This document shows positions 9,958 through 21,400 of a DNA stretch of 64,000 nucleotides, piece after piece (positions within the stretch are counted from its first letter, which is position 1; each line of letters starts with the position of its first letter). Source of the stretch: Macrostomum lignano (Eukaryota); NCBI GenBank assembly GCA_002269645.1, contig NIVC01001430.1:62001-126000 (forward strand), read 5' to 3'. The notes under the pieces are model-generated. The model was not told where the DNA came from. It made no database searches and saw only the letters and a list, made by a program, of their open reading frames with translations. The translations under genes and the position numbers were made by a program.

Positions 9958-12900
9958 ATGGCAGCCGAATCTGAGGAGCCAATAATTGGTAGCTATGTGG
10001 TTGGCAATTTCCCAGCTCAATATGGCTACGATCAGCCTGTGGACTTGATGAATGGCCAAGCCGCGTCTAATGCTAATGCTAGCAATGGCAGATTGACCGT
10101 GGGCGGCGGTGTCACCTCCCAGGTTGACGCTGCATCAGCCGGTGTTGGTGCTGCAATGCCGCCAATTGGTTCAGCGTCAACTGCAAGCATCGCAGGCGCG
10201 GCCACGGCGGGTACTACGGCGATGCCGCAAACTCCGCCTGAGGAGAAGCCTCGCATCCTGGTGATGGGCCTGCGTAGAAGTGGGAAATCTTCTATACAAA
10301 AAGTTGTCTTTCACAAGATGAGCCCAAATGAGACGCTGTTTCTTGAGAGTACCTGCAAAATACAGAAAGATGGTGAGAGACTCGATGTAATTTTGTACTC
10401 AATATAAATAGATGAGGCAGCTGGGAGGGATGAGATGAGGTGTGAGTTTCATGGACATCCGGAAGAGATGAGATGAGGTGTGAGTTTCATGGACAGCTGG
10501 AAGAGACGAGATGAGGTGTGAGTCTCATGGACATCTTAAAGAGATGAGATGAGGTGTGAGTTTCATAGACATCTGAAAGAGATGAGATGAGTTGTGAGTT
10601 TCATGGATATCCTAAAGAGATGAGATGAGGTGTGAGTTTCATGGACATCTTAAGGAGATAAGATGAGGTGTGAGTTTCATGGACATTTGAAAAAGATGAG
10701 ATAAGATTTGAGTCTTATGTACATCTGGGAGAGATGAGATAATATGTGAGTTTCATGGGCATCTGGAAGAGATGAGATGAGGTGTGAGTTTCATGGACAT
10801 CCGGAAGAGATAAGATGAGGTGTGAGTTTCATGGACATCTTAAGGAGATAAGATGAGGTGTGAGTTTCATGGACATCTGGAAGAGATGAGATGAGGTGTG
10901 AGTTTCATGGGCATCTGGAAGAGATGAAATGAGGTGTGAGTTTCATGGACATCCGGAGGAGATGAGATGAAATGTGAGTCTCATGGACATCTAGAAGAGA
11001 TGAAATGAGGTGTGAGTTTCATGGACATCCGGAGAAGATGAGATGAGATGTGAGTCTCATAGACATCCGGAAGAGATGAGATGAGGTGTGAGTTTCATGG
11101 AGCTACAGAGCTACAGTAAATATTTTACTTGAACCTTGAAGCTAATATGCCCGAGCAATTCATTCCATTCCATTTCATATTGCAGAAGTATCGGACTGCT
11201 CATTCATCCAATTCTCTGTTTGGGACGTGCCTGGCCACATTGACTACCTGACAGATATATTCGATACAAGCGACACATTTGCGGGCACAGGCGCCATAGT
11301 TTTTGTTATCGACGCCCAAGACGACTACATGGAAGCTATCGATCGGCTTAAAGTCCTAGTTAGCGGCGCTTATAATGTTAATCCGCGAATTAAATTCGAA
11401 GTATTTATACACAAAGTTGACGGCCTGACTGACGAACAGAAAATCGAAGTTCAATGCGATATTACTCAACGAGCCAACGATCTGCTCATTGATATTGGCA
11501 ATGGTGAGTTTGTTAATCTGGAAAGGGGGTTGTAACCTAGTGGTTAGAGCGTCGGACTCACGACTGAAAGGTCCGGGGTTCGATTCATTCTTGACCCACT
11601 CGGAACAATTTGTCTAGAAAGTTTTGATAGAAAATTGTCAATAATGCTACTTCCAAAAATTCTAGTAGTATGAGTAGCGCACTGCAAAAAATCTTTAGAA
11701 AAGGTACTAATAAAAATTAATATGCTTCCCATCCCATGCAACTAAATCTGCAAGTAAATATCAAGTAGTATTTCAAACTTTTCTTTTCAAACTAACCTCT
11801 ATTATCTGGTCGCTTCGAAAAAATCTTACTACTTATTTACGTCAGTAGTTTAAATGGTATGTATAGCTTAATTTAAATGCCAATTTAATTTTTGTCGTCT
11901 TTCATCACCTGCTGGCCTGATGACGATAACAGAATCCATTGAATGCTACTTACTTTCGATTTCAGTAGTATTATATTCGCATAAGGAATAAAACGCCATT
12001 GAACTCTATTACAGGTAACGAGGTAATCAACATTCACTACCACCTGACTACTATTTACGATCATTCAATTTTCGAGGCGTTCAGCAAAGTTGTACAGAAG
12101 TTGATTCCGCATATGGGCGCTTTTGAAAGCTTGCTTAATATCTTCTGCAATGTAAGTTTGTCGCCCTAAGTATATTAGATTTATGAGGACTGTTTAGGAA
12201 GAAATTATACTTTTGCCTGTAACCCCTCCCCACTACAGAACTCCGGCCTAGAGAAGGCATTCTTATTCGATGTGGCTACAAAAATCTACATAGCAACCGA
12301 TCCTTCGCCAGTTGATATGCAAGTCTACGAACTGTGCTGCGATATGATAGATCTGGTTGTGGACGTCACCACAATCTACTCGGAAGGGTGGGTACAGTTG
12401 GCTCTTGTCCTGTTTTTAGTTTAGTGGATTGGCCACTGTGTATGACCCATTGACTGGCTTTCTCTCTGTTGCTCTGTTATGATCATCTAATGACCAAATC
12501 GATCTGTTATGACTCAATGGCCAGATTATCCTGTTATTACCTAGTGACCAGATTTCTCTGTTATGACCCAATGGCCAGATGGATCTGTTATGATTCAATG
12601 GCCAGATTGCTCTGTTATGATTCAATGGCCAGATTGCTCTGTTATGATTCAATGGCCAGATTGCTCTGTTATGATTCAATGGCCAGATTGCTCTGTTATG
12701 ATTCAATGGCCAGATTGCTCTGTTATGATTCAATGGCCAGATTGCTCTGTTATGATTCAATGGCCAGATTGCTCTGTTATGATTCAATGGCCAGATGGAT
12801 CTGTTATGATTCAATGGCCAGATGGATCTGTTATGATTCAATGGCCAGATTGCTCTGTTATGATTCAATGGCCAGATTGCTCTGTTATGATTCAATGGCC

Positions 12901-14032
12901 AGATTGCTCTGTTATGATTCAATGGCCAGATTGCTCTGTTATGATTCAATGGCCAGATTGCTCTGTTATGATTCAATGGCCAGATTGCTCTGTTATGATT
13001 CAATGGCCAGATGGATCTGTTATGATTCAATGGCCAGATGGATCTGTTATGATTCAATGGCCAGATTGCTCTGTTATGATTCAATGGCCAGATTGCTCTG
13101 TTATGATTCAATGGCCAGATTGCTCTGTTATGATTCAATGGCCAGATTGCTCTGTTATGATTCAATGGCCAGATTGCTCTGTTATGATTCAATGGCCAGA
13201 TTGCTCTGTTATGATTCAATGGCCAGATTGCTCTGTTATGATTCAATGGCCAGATTGCTCTGTTATGATTCAATGGCCAGATTGATCTGTTATGATTCAA
13301 TGGCCAGATTGCTCTGTTATGATTCAATGGCCAGATTGCTCTGTTATGACTTGATCAGATTGCTCTGTTTGACCCAATGACCAGATTGATCTGTTATGAC
13401 CCAATGACCCAATGACCAGATTGATCTGTTATGACCCAATGACCCAATGACCAGATTGATCTGTTATGACCCAATGACCCAATGACCAGATTGATCTGTT
13501 ATGACTTGATGACCAGATTGCTCTGTTATGATCCAATGACCAGATTGCTCTGTTATGATCCAATGACCAGATTGCTCTGTTATAACGTTATAACGTACGT
13601 ACGTACGTTGGGTACGTACCCAATGATCAGATTGCACTGTATAGGCAAGCATGGGGTATGCTCGAATGGTAAGAATGCTCCGTATGACCGATACCTAATG
13701 ACCTATTAGACACATTTTTTACCTTTCACAGCCAAGAATCAGACGAGCTCGGCTTCAGCGAGGACACCTGCTCGTCCATCCGGTTGGATAACAGCACCGT
13801 GCTGTTGCTACGCGGCGTTGACAGGCACCTGGCTTTGGTCTGCGTGCTGCGCGAGGAGAGCATGGATCGGCAGGGTATTATCGAGTACAATTTCCAACGT
13901 GTCAGGCAGGGCCTGCAGCGAGTGCTTACGCTTAAGCAGAGTTTGAGTAGTTCGATTGCAGCCGCTTCTGACAGCCAGGTGCCAGGCGCTTTGAAAAGTG
14001 TCGAGGCTTCGCTGTCGAATGGGGCGGCTTAG
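9958..14032 (+). CDS. RRAGC: Ras-related GTP-binding protein C/D (RagC/D, Gtr2 orthologue), ~439 aa
   Basis: Exons 9958-10372, 11186-11503, 12015-12151, 12239-12387, 13732-14032, all GT-AG and phase-consistent. Motifs [105 protein letters not shown]. Confidence 0.96.
10428..11100. repeat. 38-bp minisatellite in RagC intron 1 (GAGATGAGATGAGGTGTGAGTTTCATGGACATCCGGAA), ~17 copies
   Basis: Period measured from GGAAG at 10461 to 10499. Confidence 0.9.
11525..11590 (+). mobile_element. Truncated tRNA-derived SINE head in RagC intron 2
   Basis: GGGGGTTGTAACCTAGTGGTTAGAGCGTCGGACTCACGACTGAAAGGTCCGGGGTTCGATTC contains A-box (TAGTGGTTAG) and B-box (GGTTCGATTC) and matches the head of the longer copy at 30525. 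Confidence 0.75.
12460..13580. repeat. 27-bp minisatellite in RagC intron 4 (TTGCTCTGTTATGATTCAATGGCCAGA)
   Basis: Homogeneous core with degenerate flanks; source of the MARLLCYDS / [12 protein letters not shown] artefacts. Confidence 0.95.
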
Positions 14033-14124
14033 GATTAAGTTAAGGAGCTGCGAGAGACTGATTAGGAATTGTGCTTCTGTTGTGACTAATTCGCGTCTAT
14101 GGACAGGCAGATGGGCATTCAGTA

Positions 14125-14880
14125 AAGTAGACAGGTAGATGCTTAGGTAAACAGGTAGATGCTAAGGCAGATAGATGCTAAGATAGACAGGTAGATTTTA
14201 AGATATACAGGTAGATTCTAAGCTAAATGCTAAGGCAGACAGGTAGATGCTAAGGCAGACAGATGCTAAGGCAGACAGATGCTAAGGTAGACAGGTAGAT
14301 GCTAAGGTGGACAGGCAGATGCTAAGATAGACAGGTAGATTCTAAGATAGACAGGTAGATTCTAAGATAGACAGGTAGATTCTAAGATAGACAGGTAGAT
14401 TCTAAGATAGACAGGTAGATTCTAAGATAGACAGGTAGATTCTAAGCTAGACAGGTAGGGTAGACAAAGGTAGACAAATAGATGCTAAGGCAGACAGATG
14501 CTAAGGTAGACAGGTAGATGCTTAGATATACAGGTAGATGCTTAGATAGACAGGTAAATGCTAAGATATACAGGTAGATGCTAAGATATACAGGTAGATG
14601 CTAAGATATACATGTAGATGCTAAGATATACAGGTAGATTCTAAACTATACAGGTAGAATGGTAGATGCTAAGGTAGACAAATAGATGCTAAGGCAGACA
14701 GGTAGATGCTAAAGCAAACAGGTAGATGCTAAGGCAGACAGATGCTAAGGTAGACAAGCAGATGCTGAGATAGACAGGTAAATGCTAAAATAAACAGGTA
14801 GATGCTAAGATATACATGTAGATGCTAAGATAGGTAGATGCTAAGATAGACAGGTAAATGCTAGATAGATGATAGATGAA
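14125..14880. repeat. ~20-bp minisatellite (GATGCTAAGGTAGACAGGTA) downstream of the RagC stop
   Basis: Read directly; units of 16-20 bp. Confidence 0.9.
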
Positions 14881-15459
14881 AAGTGAGTTTACCAAATGCG
14901 TGCGTATTTAGTTTGTCAAACAACTCTGCCAAAAATTGTGTAACTAATATTTTATTCACGCCACAAATCTTGCATTATATGGCTCTGTCTTAGAGTGGAT
15001 GTTCGTTCTTTCGCTTCGTTTTGCTTTTAGTTAAACTTAGTTCTGGAAGAGTGCAATGGATCTCTCTTTAATACCCACTGTCTACCTACTGATGAACAAT
15101 AAGGCTCTGTTTCTAAGTACGCTCGTAGTACGCTATTAAGTGCTTAGTAATGTTATAGATTAAATTGATTTTTGATGCAAGTTGCTTTAAAAATTTGTAG
15201 TTAAAGCAAGCATTCTGTTGTGAAAGCATAGAAATTATAATATATCCATAGAAGTAACATTCCTTCGTTCGATTTGATTTTTTTGTCATTGTGCTTTATA
15301 AGCTTGTGAACAATTTTATTATCCAGATAAATTTACAGCAATGTCGTTTAATGTTCAGGGTTTAACGTTCAATGAAATGGAATCTTTAAGTGCATCGGTT
15401 TGTGTTTGATACCTTTATTAAATTCATTAGATTATTAAACCGGTCCCAAAATGTACAAC

Positions 15460-16015
15460 CATCCAACCCCCAATCATCCCCCACCCCCAATGTACACCCG
15501 CCTTCTGTCCCCCTCTTGCTCTCAAACAGCCCTCAAATGTACACCCGTCCTCCGCTAGCTCTTAAACAGCCCTCATTTGTACACCCGCCCCCCAGTAGCC
15601 CGACCAACCCCCAATCTACACCAGTCCCCCATGCAGTAGCCCCAACCAACCCCCAATGTAAACCCGTCCCCCATGCAGTAGCCCCCAGCCAACCCCCAAT
15701 GTAAACCCGTCCCCCATGCAGTAGCCCCCAGCCAACCCCCAATGTAAACCCGTCCCCCATGCAGTAGCCCCCAGCCAACCCCCAATGTACACCCGCCCCC
15801 ACTAGCCCCAACCAACCCCCAAGTGTACACCCGTCCCCAATAGCCCCAACCAACCCCCAAGTGTACACCCGTCCCCAATAGCCCCAACCAACCCCCAAGT
15901 GTACACCCGTCCCCAATAGCCCCAACCAACCCCCAAGTGTACACCCGTCCCCAATAGCCCCAACCAACCCCCAAATGTACACCCATCCCCAATATCCCTC
16001 AACCAACCCCTACCC
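15460..16015. repeat. C-rich ~38-bp minisatellite (CCCCCAAGTGTACACCCGTCCCCAATAGCCCCAACCAA)
   Basis: Read directly. Confidence 0.9.
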
Positions 16016-16589
16016 CGAAGGGACCCGTCGCCTACCAGCTCTCAACCCGCCCTTCATGTATATGGCATGCGTAATTATCCTTATCTAATAGGCTAAAATA
16101 TAATCTAAATATTAAACAATTGCTGCATATTTTTACTAATTGAAAGCAAATGAGTAGCTGGATTATTGTCTGATTTTCATTACCAATCAACGGGATGCTA
16201 TGGTTTTCAGATTGAAGTAGCTTTTGGCATTATCGCCAATTTTTGTTTCGTTTTGCACTAGTAAAAACCTATTTTTATAAATACACGCAGTGCTTACATA
16301 TATTAGTACCCTCCTAAAGGTGAGCAAATTTGCTGAAATACTCATTCATGGTTTTTACCTATGCTTTCATACTCTCTTAAAAGTACGTAAATATATTGAG
16401 GTTTGCTTCAGAATAGATTTATTTGTGCCTTCTCTTTAAGTTATTTTATTTGTCGAATTCCACTCGCAGTTTTGTTAGATAAAACAAATTAAATCATAGT
16501 AAAAAACAATAACCTTGCGAATAGTTCTATTATAATAAAATTCTTTATTTTTCAGCGCTCACAATAATTTACCGAGCTGCTTTTTGACA

Positions 16590-17229
16590 ATGATTAAAGG
16601 AATCGTAAGTCATAGATACTTTTATTAAAGTTTTTATAGTCTATCTTCGACAGATATAAACACTATTTTCACAATTCATGAAAACGCATGAAACCTTCTA
16701 CTCTTGTGTACATTTATACAGCCATCTCATGAATCTCTCCCCTAGTGTACATTAAAACAGCCACCTCATGAATCTCTCCCCTAGTGTACATTCAGCAGCC
16801 ACTTCTTGAATCTCTGTCCCCTAGTGTACATTCAAACAGCCACTTTTTTTAAATCTCTCCCCTAGTGTACATTCAAACAGCCACTTTTTTAATCTCTTTC
16901 CCCTAGTGTACATTCAAACAGCCACTTGAATCTCTTTCCCCTAGGCCTAGTGTACATTCAAACAGCCACCTCTTGTATCTCTTTCCGCCTAGCCTAGTCC
17001 ACTGTGCATTCAACCAGTCGCCAATAAAATCTCTTCCCTTCACGCACCGTTGCACCCTCCACTATTCCGACAGCTGGTTTTTATCGCCGGATTTTATGCC
17101 GGCGCCTACGCTCAGAAGAACTACGACCTACCAGAGCTTATGTACGATCCGGTACTGCTGTCTGAGAAAGTGAAAGAATTTCTAAAGAATTACGAAAAGC
17201 CTTCGTCTCGAGGTGGCGGAGATAAATAG
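16590..17229 (+). CDS. STMP1: STMP1/DUF4535-like short transmembrane mitochondrial microprotein, 56 aa, two coding exons
   Basis: Exon 1 16590-16604 (ATG ATT AAA GGA ATC | GTAAGT), exon 2 17074-17229 (CCGACAG acceptor, TAG stop). Product MIKGILVFIAGFYAGAYAQKNYDLPELMYDPVLLSEKVKEFLKNYEKPSSRGGGDK fits the family pattern hydrophobic GxxxG helix followed by xQNY[DE][ILV]P. Confidence 0.75.
16725..16995. repeat. Degenerate ~40-bp repeat (CTCTCCCTAGTGTACATTCAAACAGCCAC core) in the STMP1-like intron
   Basis: About 6 copies read directly. Confidence 0.8.
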
Positions 17230-17774
17230 ACAGAATTTGTTATACTATTATCTGAGTAAAGTAAAAACTAAACAGAAAAGTTCTTTGATGTTCGGCGTAG
17301 TTAGTAATTTTAATAATTTGGTGAACTTAAAAATCTGCGATGAGTAATGGTAGATTTTGGATAACTAGTAACAAAACAGAAGCCTCCGATTCGTAAATTT
17401 TCGAAATTTTGGTTGCATTTTTTAATTTTTTAATTTCTTTATTTTGAATGAGGCTTTACTACTGTTGGATGAAAGTTTAAAATTTATAATACTAATTCTC
17501 TTTCAAATAAATCGTGTTGACCTTGATTGCTCTTCTAGTAATTGTATAGTACACACGCGTTACATTTCATGAAATGTTATATTAAATATGCTACTAATAA
17601 TACGTGATTCAGACATCTGCGAAAGCGATTGTATAAAATTTTAATTTACTAAAATTTATCATTGCTTTATTATTACATAAGTTTTATTTGTGCAATTTAG
17701 TTAAAATCATGTATTAATTATTATTTCAATAAATGAGCCATAGGAGTTTAGTTTAAGTATAAAGATTAGGGCTT

Positions 17775-18310
17775 GATTGTAGGATTGCAGCGAGTGTATA
17801 TTGTGGGTGCTTGATTGCAGCGAGTGTACATTGTGGGTGTTTTATTGCAGCGAGTGTACATTGTGGGTGTTTTATTGCAGCGAGTGTACATTGTGCATGT
17901 TTGATTATAGCGAGTGTACATTGTGGGTGTTTTATTGCAGCGAGTGTACATTGTGGGTGTTTTATTGCAGCGAGTGTACATTGTGGGTGTTTTATTGCAG
18001 CGAGTGTACATTGTGAGTGCTTTATTGCAGCGAGTCTACATTGTGCATGTTTGATTATAGCGAGTGTACATTGTGGGTGTTTTATTGCAGTGAGTGTACA
18101 TTGTGGGTGTTTTATTGCAGCGAGTGTACATTGTGAGTGCTTTATTGCAGCGAGTGTACATTGTGAGTGCTTTATTGCAGCGAGTGTACATTGTGAGTGC
18201 TTTATTGCAGCGAGTCTACATTGTGCATGTTTGATTATAGCGAGTGTACATTGTGGGTGTTTTATTGCAGCGAGTGTACATTGTGGGGGTGGTTGATTGC
18301 AGCGAGTCTG
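17775..18310. repeat. 30-bp minisatellite (GCAGCGAGTGTACATTGTGGGTGTTTTATT) between the STMP1-like and DEX1-like genes
   Basis: Read directly. Confidence 0.92.
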
Positions 18311-18459
18311 ATTTGTCGGTATCTTAGCTTGTGTACATTCAAGTTTGTTTTTATCGAGTTAAGCATAAATATAATTTAAAAAATGACATTACATTCATGT
18401 GTTGCAAAAGAAATGCCGTCTAAGTCTTCTATCAGCTTAAAGAGTCAATAATATAGAAT

Positions 18460-21400
18460 ATGGGTTACGCGCCTCTATTGCTACTAATAGTAGCCATTCC
18501 GTCAGTAGTAGCCAAGCCAGTCAACTTGGTTTCTAACGCCAGCAGCGAGGCTAAAACATCGTTGGCAAGTTCGTCGTCAGCGGCGCCAACCACGCTGCCG
18601 GTGGCCACGAACTCCTGGTCCTGGCAGGTGACCTGGAGAACGCCGCCTATAGGGCACAGGTTTGCCGCTGAGCCGCTAGTTATGGATTTGAATTCCGACG
18701 GCGCTGATGAGATCGTCTTGGCCGGCTTCGACGGCGCCTTCAGCATTATTGGCGCCGGCGACGGGCGCGCCGAGGGTCTGGGCGCTTGGCCCAGGTTTCA
18801 CCACGGGGAGGCGCACTTTGCCGCGCCTGTTAGGGTGAGGCCGCACTGCCTATCCACCTGCTTATCTACCTGCTTATCTACCTGCTTATCTACCTGCTTA
18901 TCTACCTGCCTATCTACCTGCCTATCTACCTGCTTATCTACCTGCCTATCTACCTGTCTATCTTCCTGCTTATCTACCTGCCTATCTACCTGTCTATCTT
19001 CCTGCTTATCTACCTGCTTATATACCTGCTTGTCTACCCGCCTATCTACCTGCCTATCTACCTGCCTGTCTACCCGCCTATTTACCCGCCTATCTACCTG
19101 CCTATCTACCCGCCTATCTACCTGCCTGTCTAACCGCCTATCTACCTCCCTATCTATCTACCTAGCTGCCTCTCGAATTGCCTATTACTTACCTCTCTAT
19201 TTACTTTCATACTTACTTTGATTATTAATTTTTCAATGGAGGCAGGCAAGCAGTGAGCGCAGTGAGGCGCTCTCTCGCACAGGGTGTGCAGCGACCCTTT
19301 GACTTTCTAATCGTTGAACATGTGTGCGTGTACATACTCCCTGCTTTGGAAGTTAGCCTTCTATGTGGGCAACTAATAACGTAATTTCTACTTGTTTTGG
19401 CTGCTTAATATTCTTTTTTTCCATGCTATCGTTTTTTCTTTTTGCCATCATGCAGTTCGACGTTGATCGTGACGGCGAAGAGGAGCTGGTCTTTGTTAGC
19501 CACTCTGGCGGGTTGCACTTTTATTCTCAGATGGGCGAGCTCAAGCACGAGGATCGGGTGAGCCGGGTGGCTTGCGCATTATCGATTTAGATTTTTGAAG
19601 GATTATCGATTGGGTTATTGGAAGGATTATTGATTTGAATATTTAAAAGATTATCGATTGGGATATTTGAAGGATTATCGATTTGGATATTTGAAGGATT
19701 ATCAATGGGGATATTGGAAGGATTATTGATTTGAATATTTAAAGGATTATCGATTGGGATATTTGAAGGATTATCCATGGGGATATTTGAAAGATTATTG
19801 ATGGGGATATTTGAAGGATTATCGATTTGAATATTTAAAGGATTATCGATTGGGATATTTGAAGGATTATCGATTTGAATATTTGAAGGATTGTCGATTA
19901 GGATATTTGAAGGATTATCGATTGGGATATTTGAAGCATTTTCGATTGGGATATTTGAAGCATTATCGATTAGGATATTTGAAGGATTATCAATTGGGAT
20001 ATTTGAAGGATTATCGATTGGGATATTTGAAGCATTTTCGATTGGGATATTTGAAGCATTATCGATTAGGATATTTGAAGGATTATCGATTGGGATATTT
20101 GAAGGATTATCGATTTGAATATTTAAAGGATTATCGATTGGGATATTTGAAGGATTATCGATTGGGATATTTGAAGGATTATCGATTTGAATATTTAAAG
20201 GATTATCGATTGGGATATTTGAAGCATTTTCGATTGGGATATTTGAAGCATTTTCGATTGGGATATTTGAATCATTATCGATTGGGATATTTGAAGGATT
20301 ATCGATTTAGATTTTGGAATGAATGTCGATTGGGAGAATAGGATAACTACTATCAGTTAGGATACTGAATTTTGGGATTTATTAAATTGAGGATTATTGA
20401 CTAGGATAAGTTAAAAGTGTCAATCTCGATAATAAGAAGATTATAGGGGAGTATTGTAACGCATGGGATTAATTGATCTCATACCATCCCACTTTTTCTC
20501 TTTCAGCTTCCCTCAATCCGCATCCCGGCCAGTTGGCTGTCCAGCCCAGCATCCGCGCCATCTTCATCTGCATCGTCTGCTCAACTAATTGACTCCCCTG
20601 CATCGGCCGCCTCGGTGCCAATAGTTTTCACTGACAGTGCGGACTCGGATTACAGCAGCCGCGACGGCAGAGCAGATGGACAATTCGAACTATTGAGTCC
20701 GTCTGTATTCGCTACTCCGTTGCTATGCGATTGTAATGCCGACAATTTGCGCGAAGAATTCGTGCTCGGCGTCAGTTTTGTAGGCGAGAGGCGCCTCGTG
20801 TCAGGCCTGCTGCTCTATAGTTTGAGTCAGCGGAGACCGTTGCTATGGCACTGGCTTGAGCACAGCTGGGTGAGCTGGGATTGGCCTCGGGATCTGGTCT
20901 TGCTTTTGAGTAGAATCGCCCATGAGAATCGACCCTAAAAAAACGCCCCCTAAGAATCGCCATTAAGAATCATCCCAAAAATCATCCCTAAAATCGCCTC
21001 TGATAATTTCCATGAGAATCACCCCTAAAGAATCTCCCCATGAGAATCACCCCTAAAGAATCTCCCCATGAGAATCACCCCTAAAGAATCTCCTCATGAG
21101 AATCACCCCTAAAGAATCTCCCCATGAGAATCACCCCTAAAGAATCTCCCTATGAGAATCACCCCTAAAGAATCTCCCCATGAGAATCACCCCTAAAGAA
21201 TCTCCCCATGAGAATCACCCCTAAAGAATCTCCTCATGAGAATCACCCCTAAAGAATCTCCCCATGAGAATCACCCCTAAAGAATCTCCCCATGAGAGTC
21301 ACCCCTAAAGAATCTCCCCATGAGAATCACCCCTAAAGAATCTCCCCATGAGAATCACCCCTAAAGAATAGCCCTTAAAGAATCACCTTGAGAATCAACC

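Noticed and set aside
11525-11590. Functional tRNA gene (also at 30525)
   Set aside because: No complete acceptor stem or cloverleaf; the 30525 copy continues into a SINE body.
12416-13380. 300-aa ORFs on both strands (PLNHNRAIW / MARLLCYDS repeats)
   Set aside because: Translation of a 27-bp minisatellite lying inside RagC intron 4.
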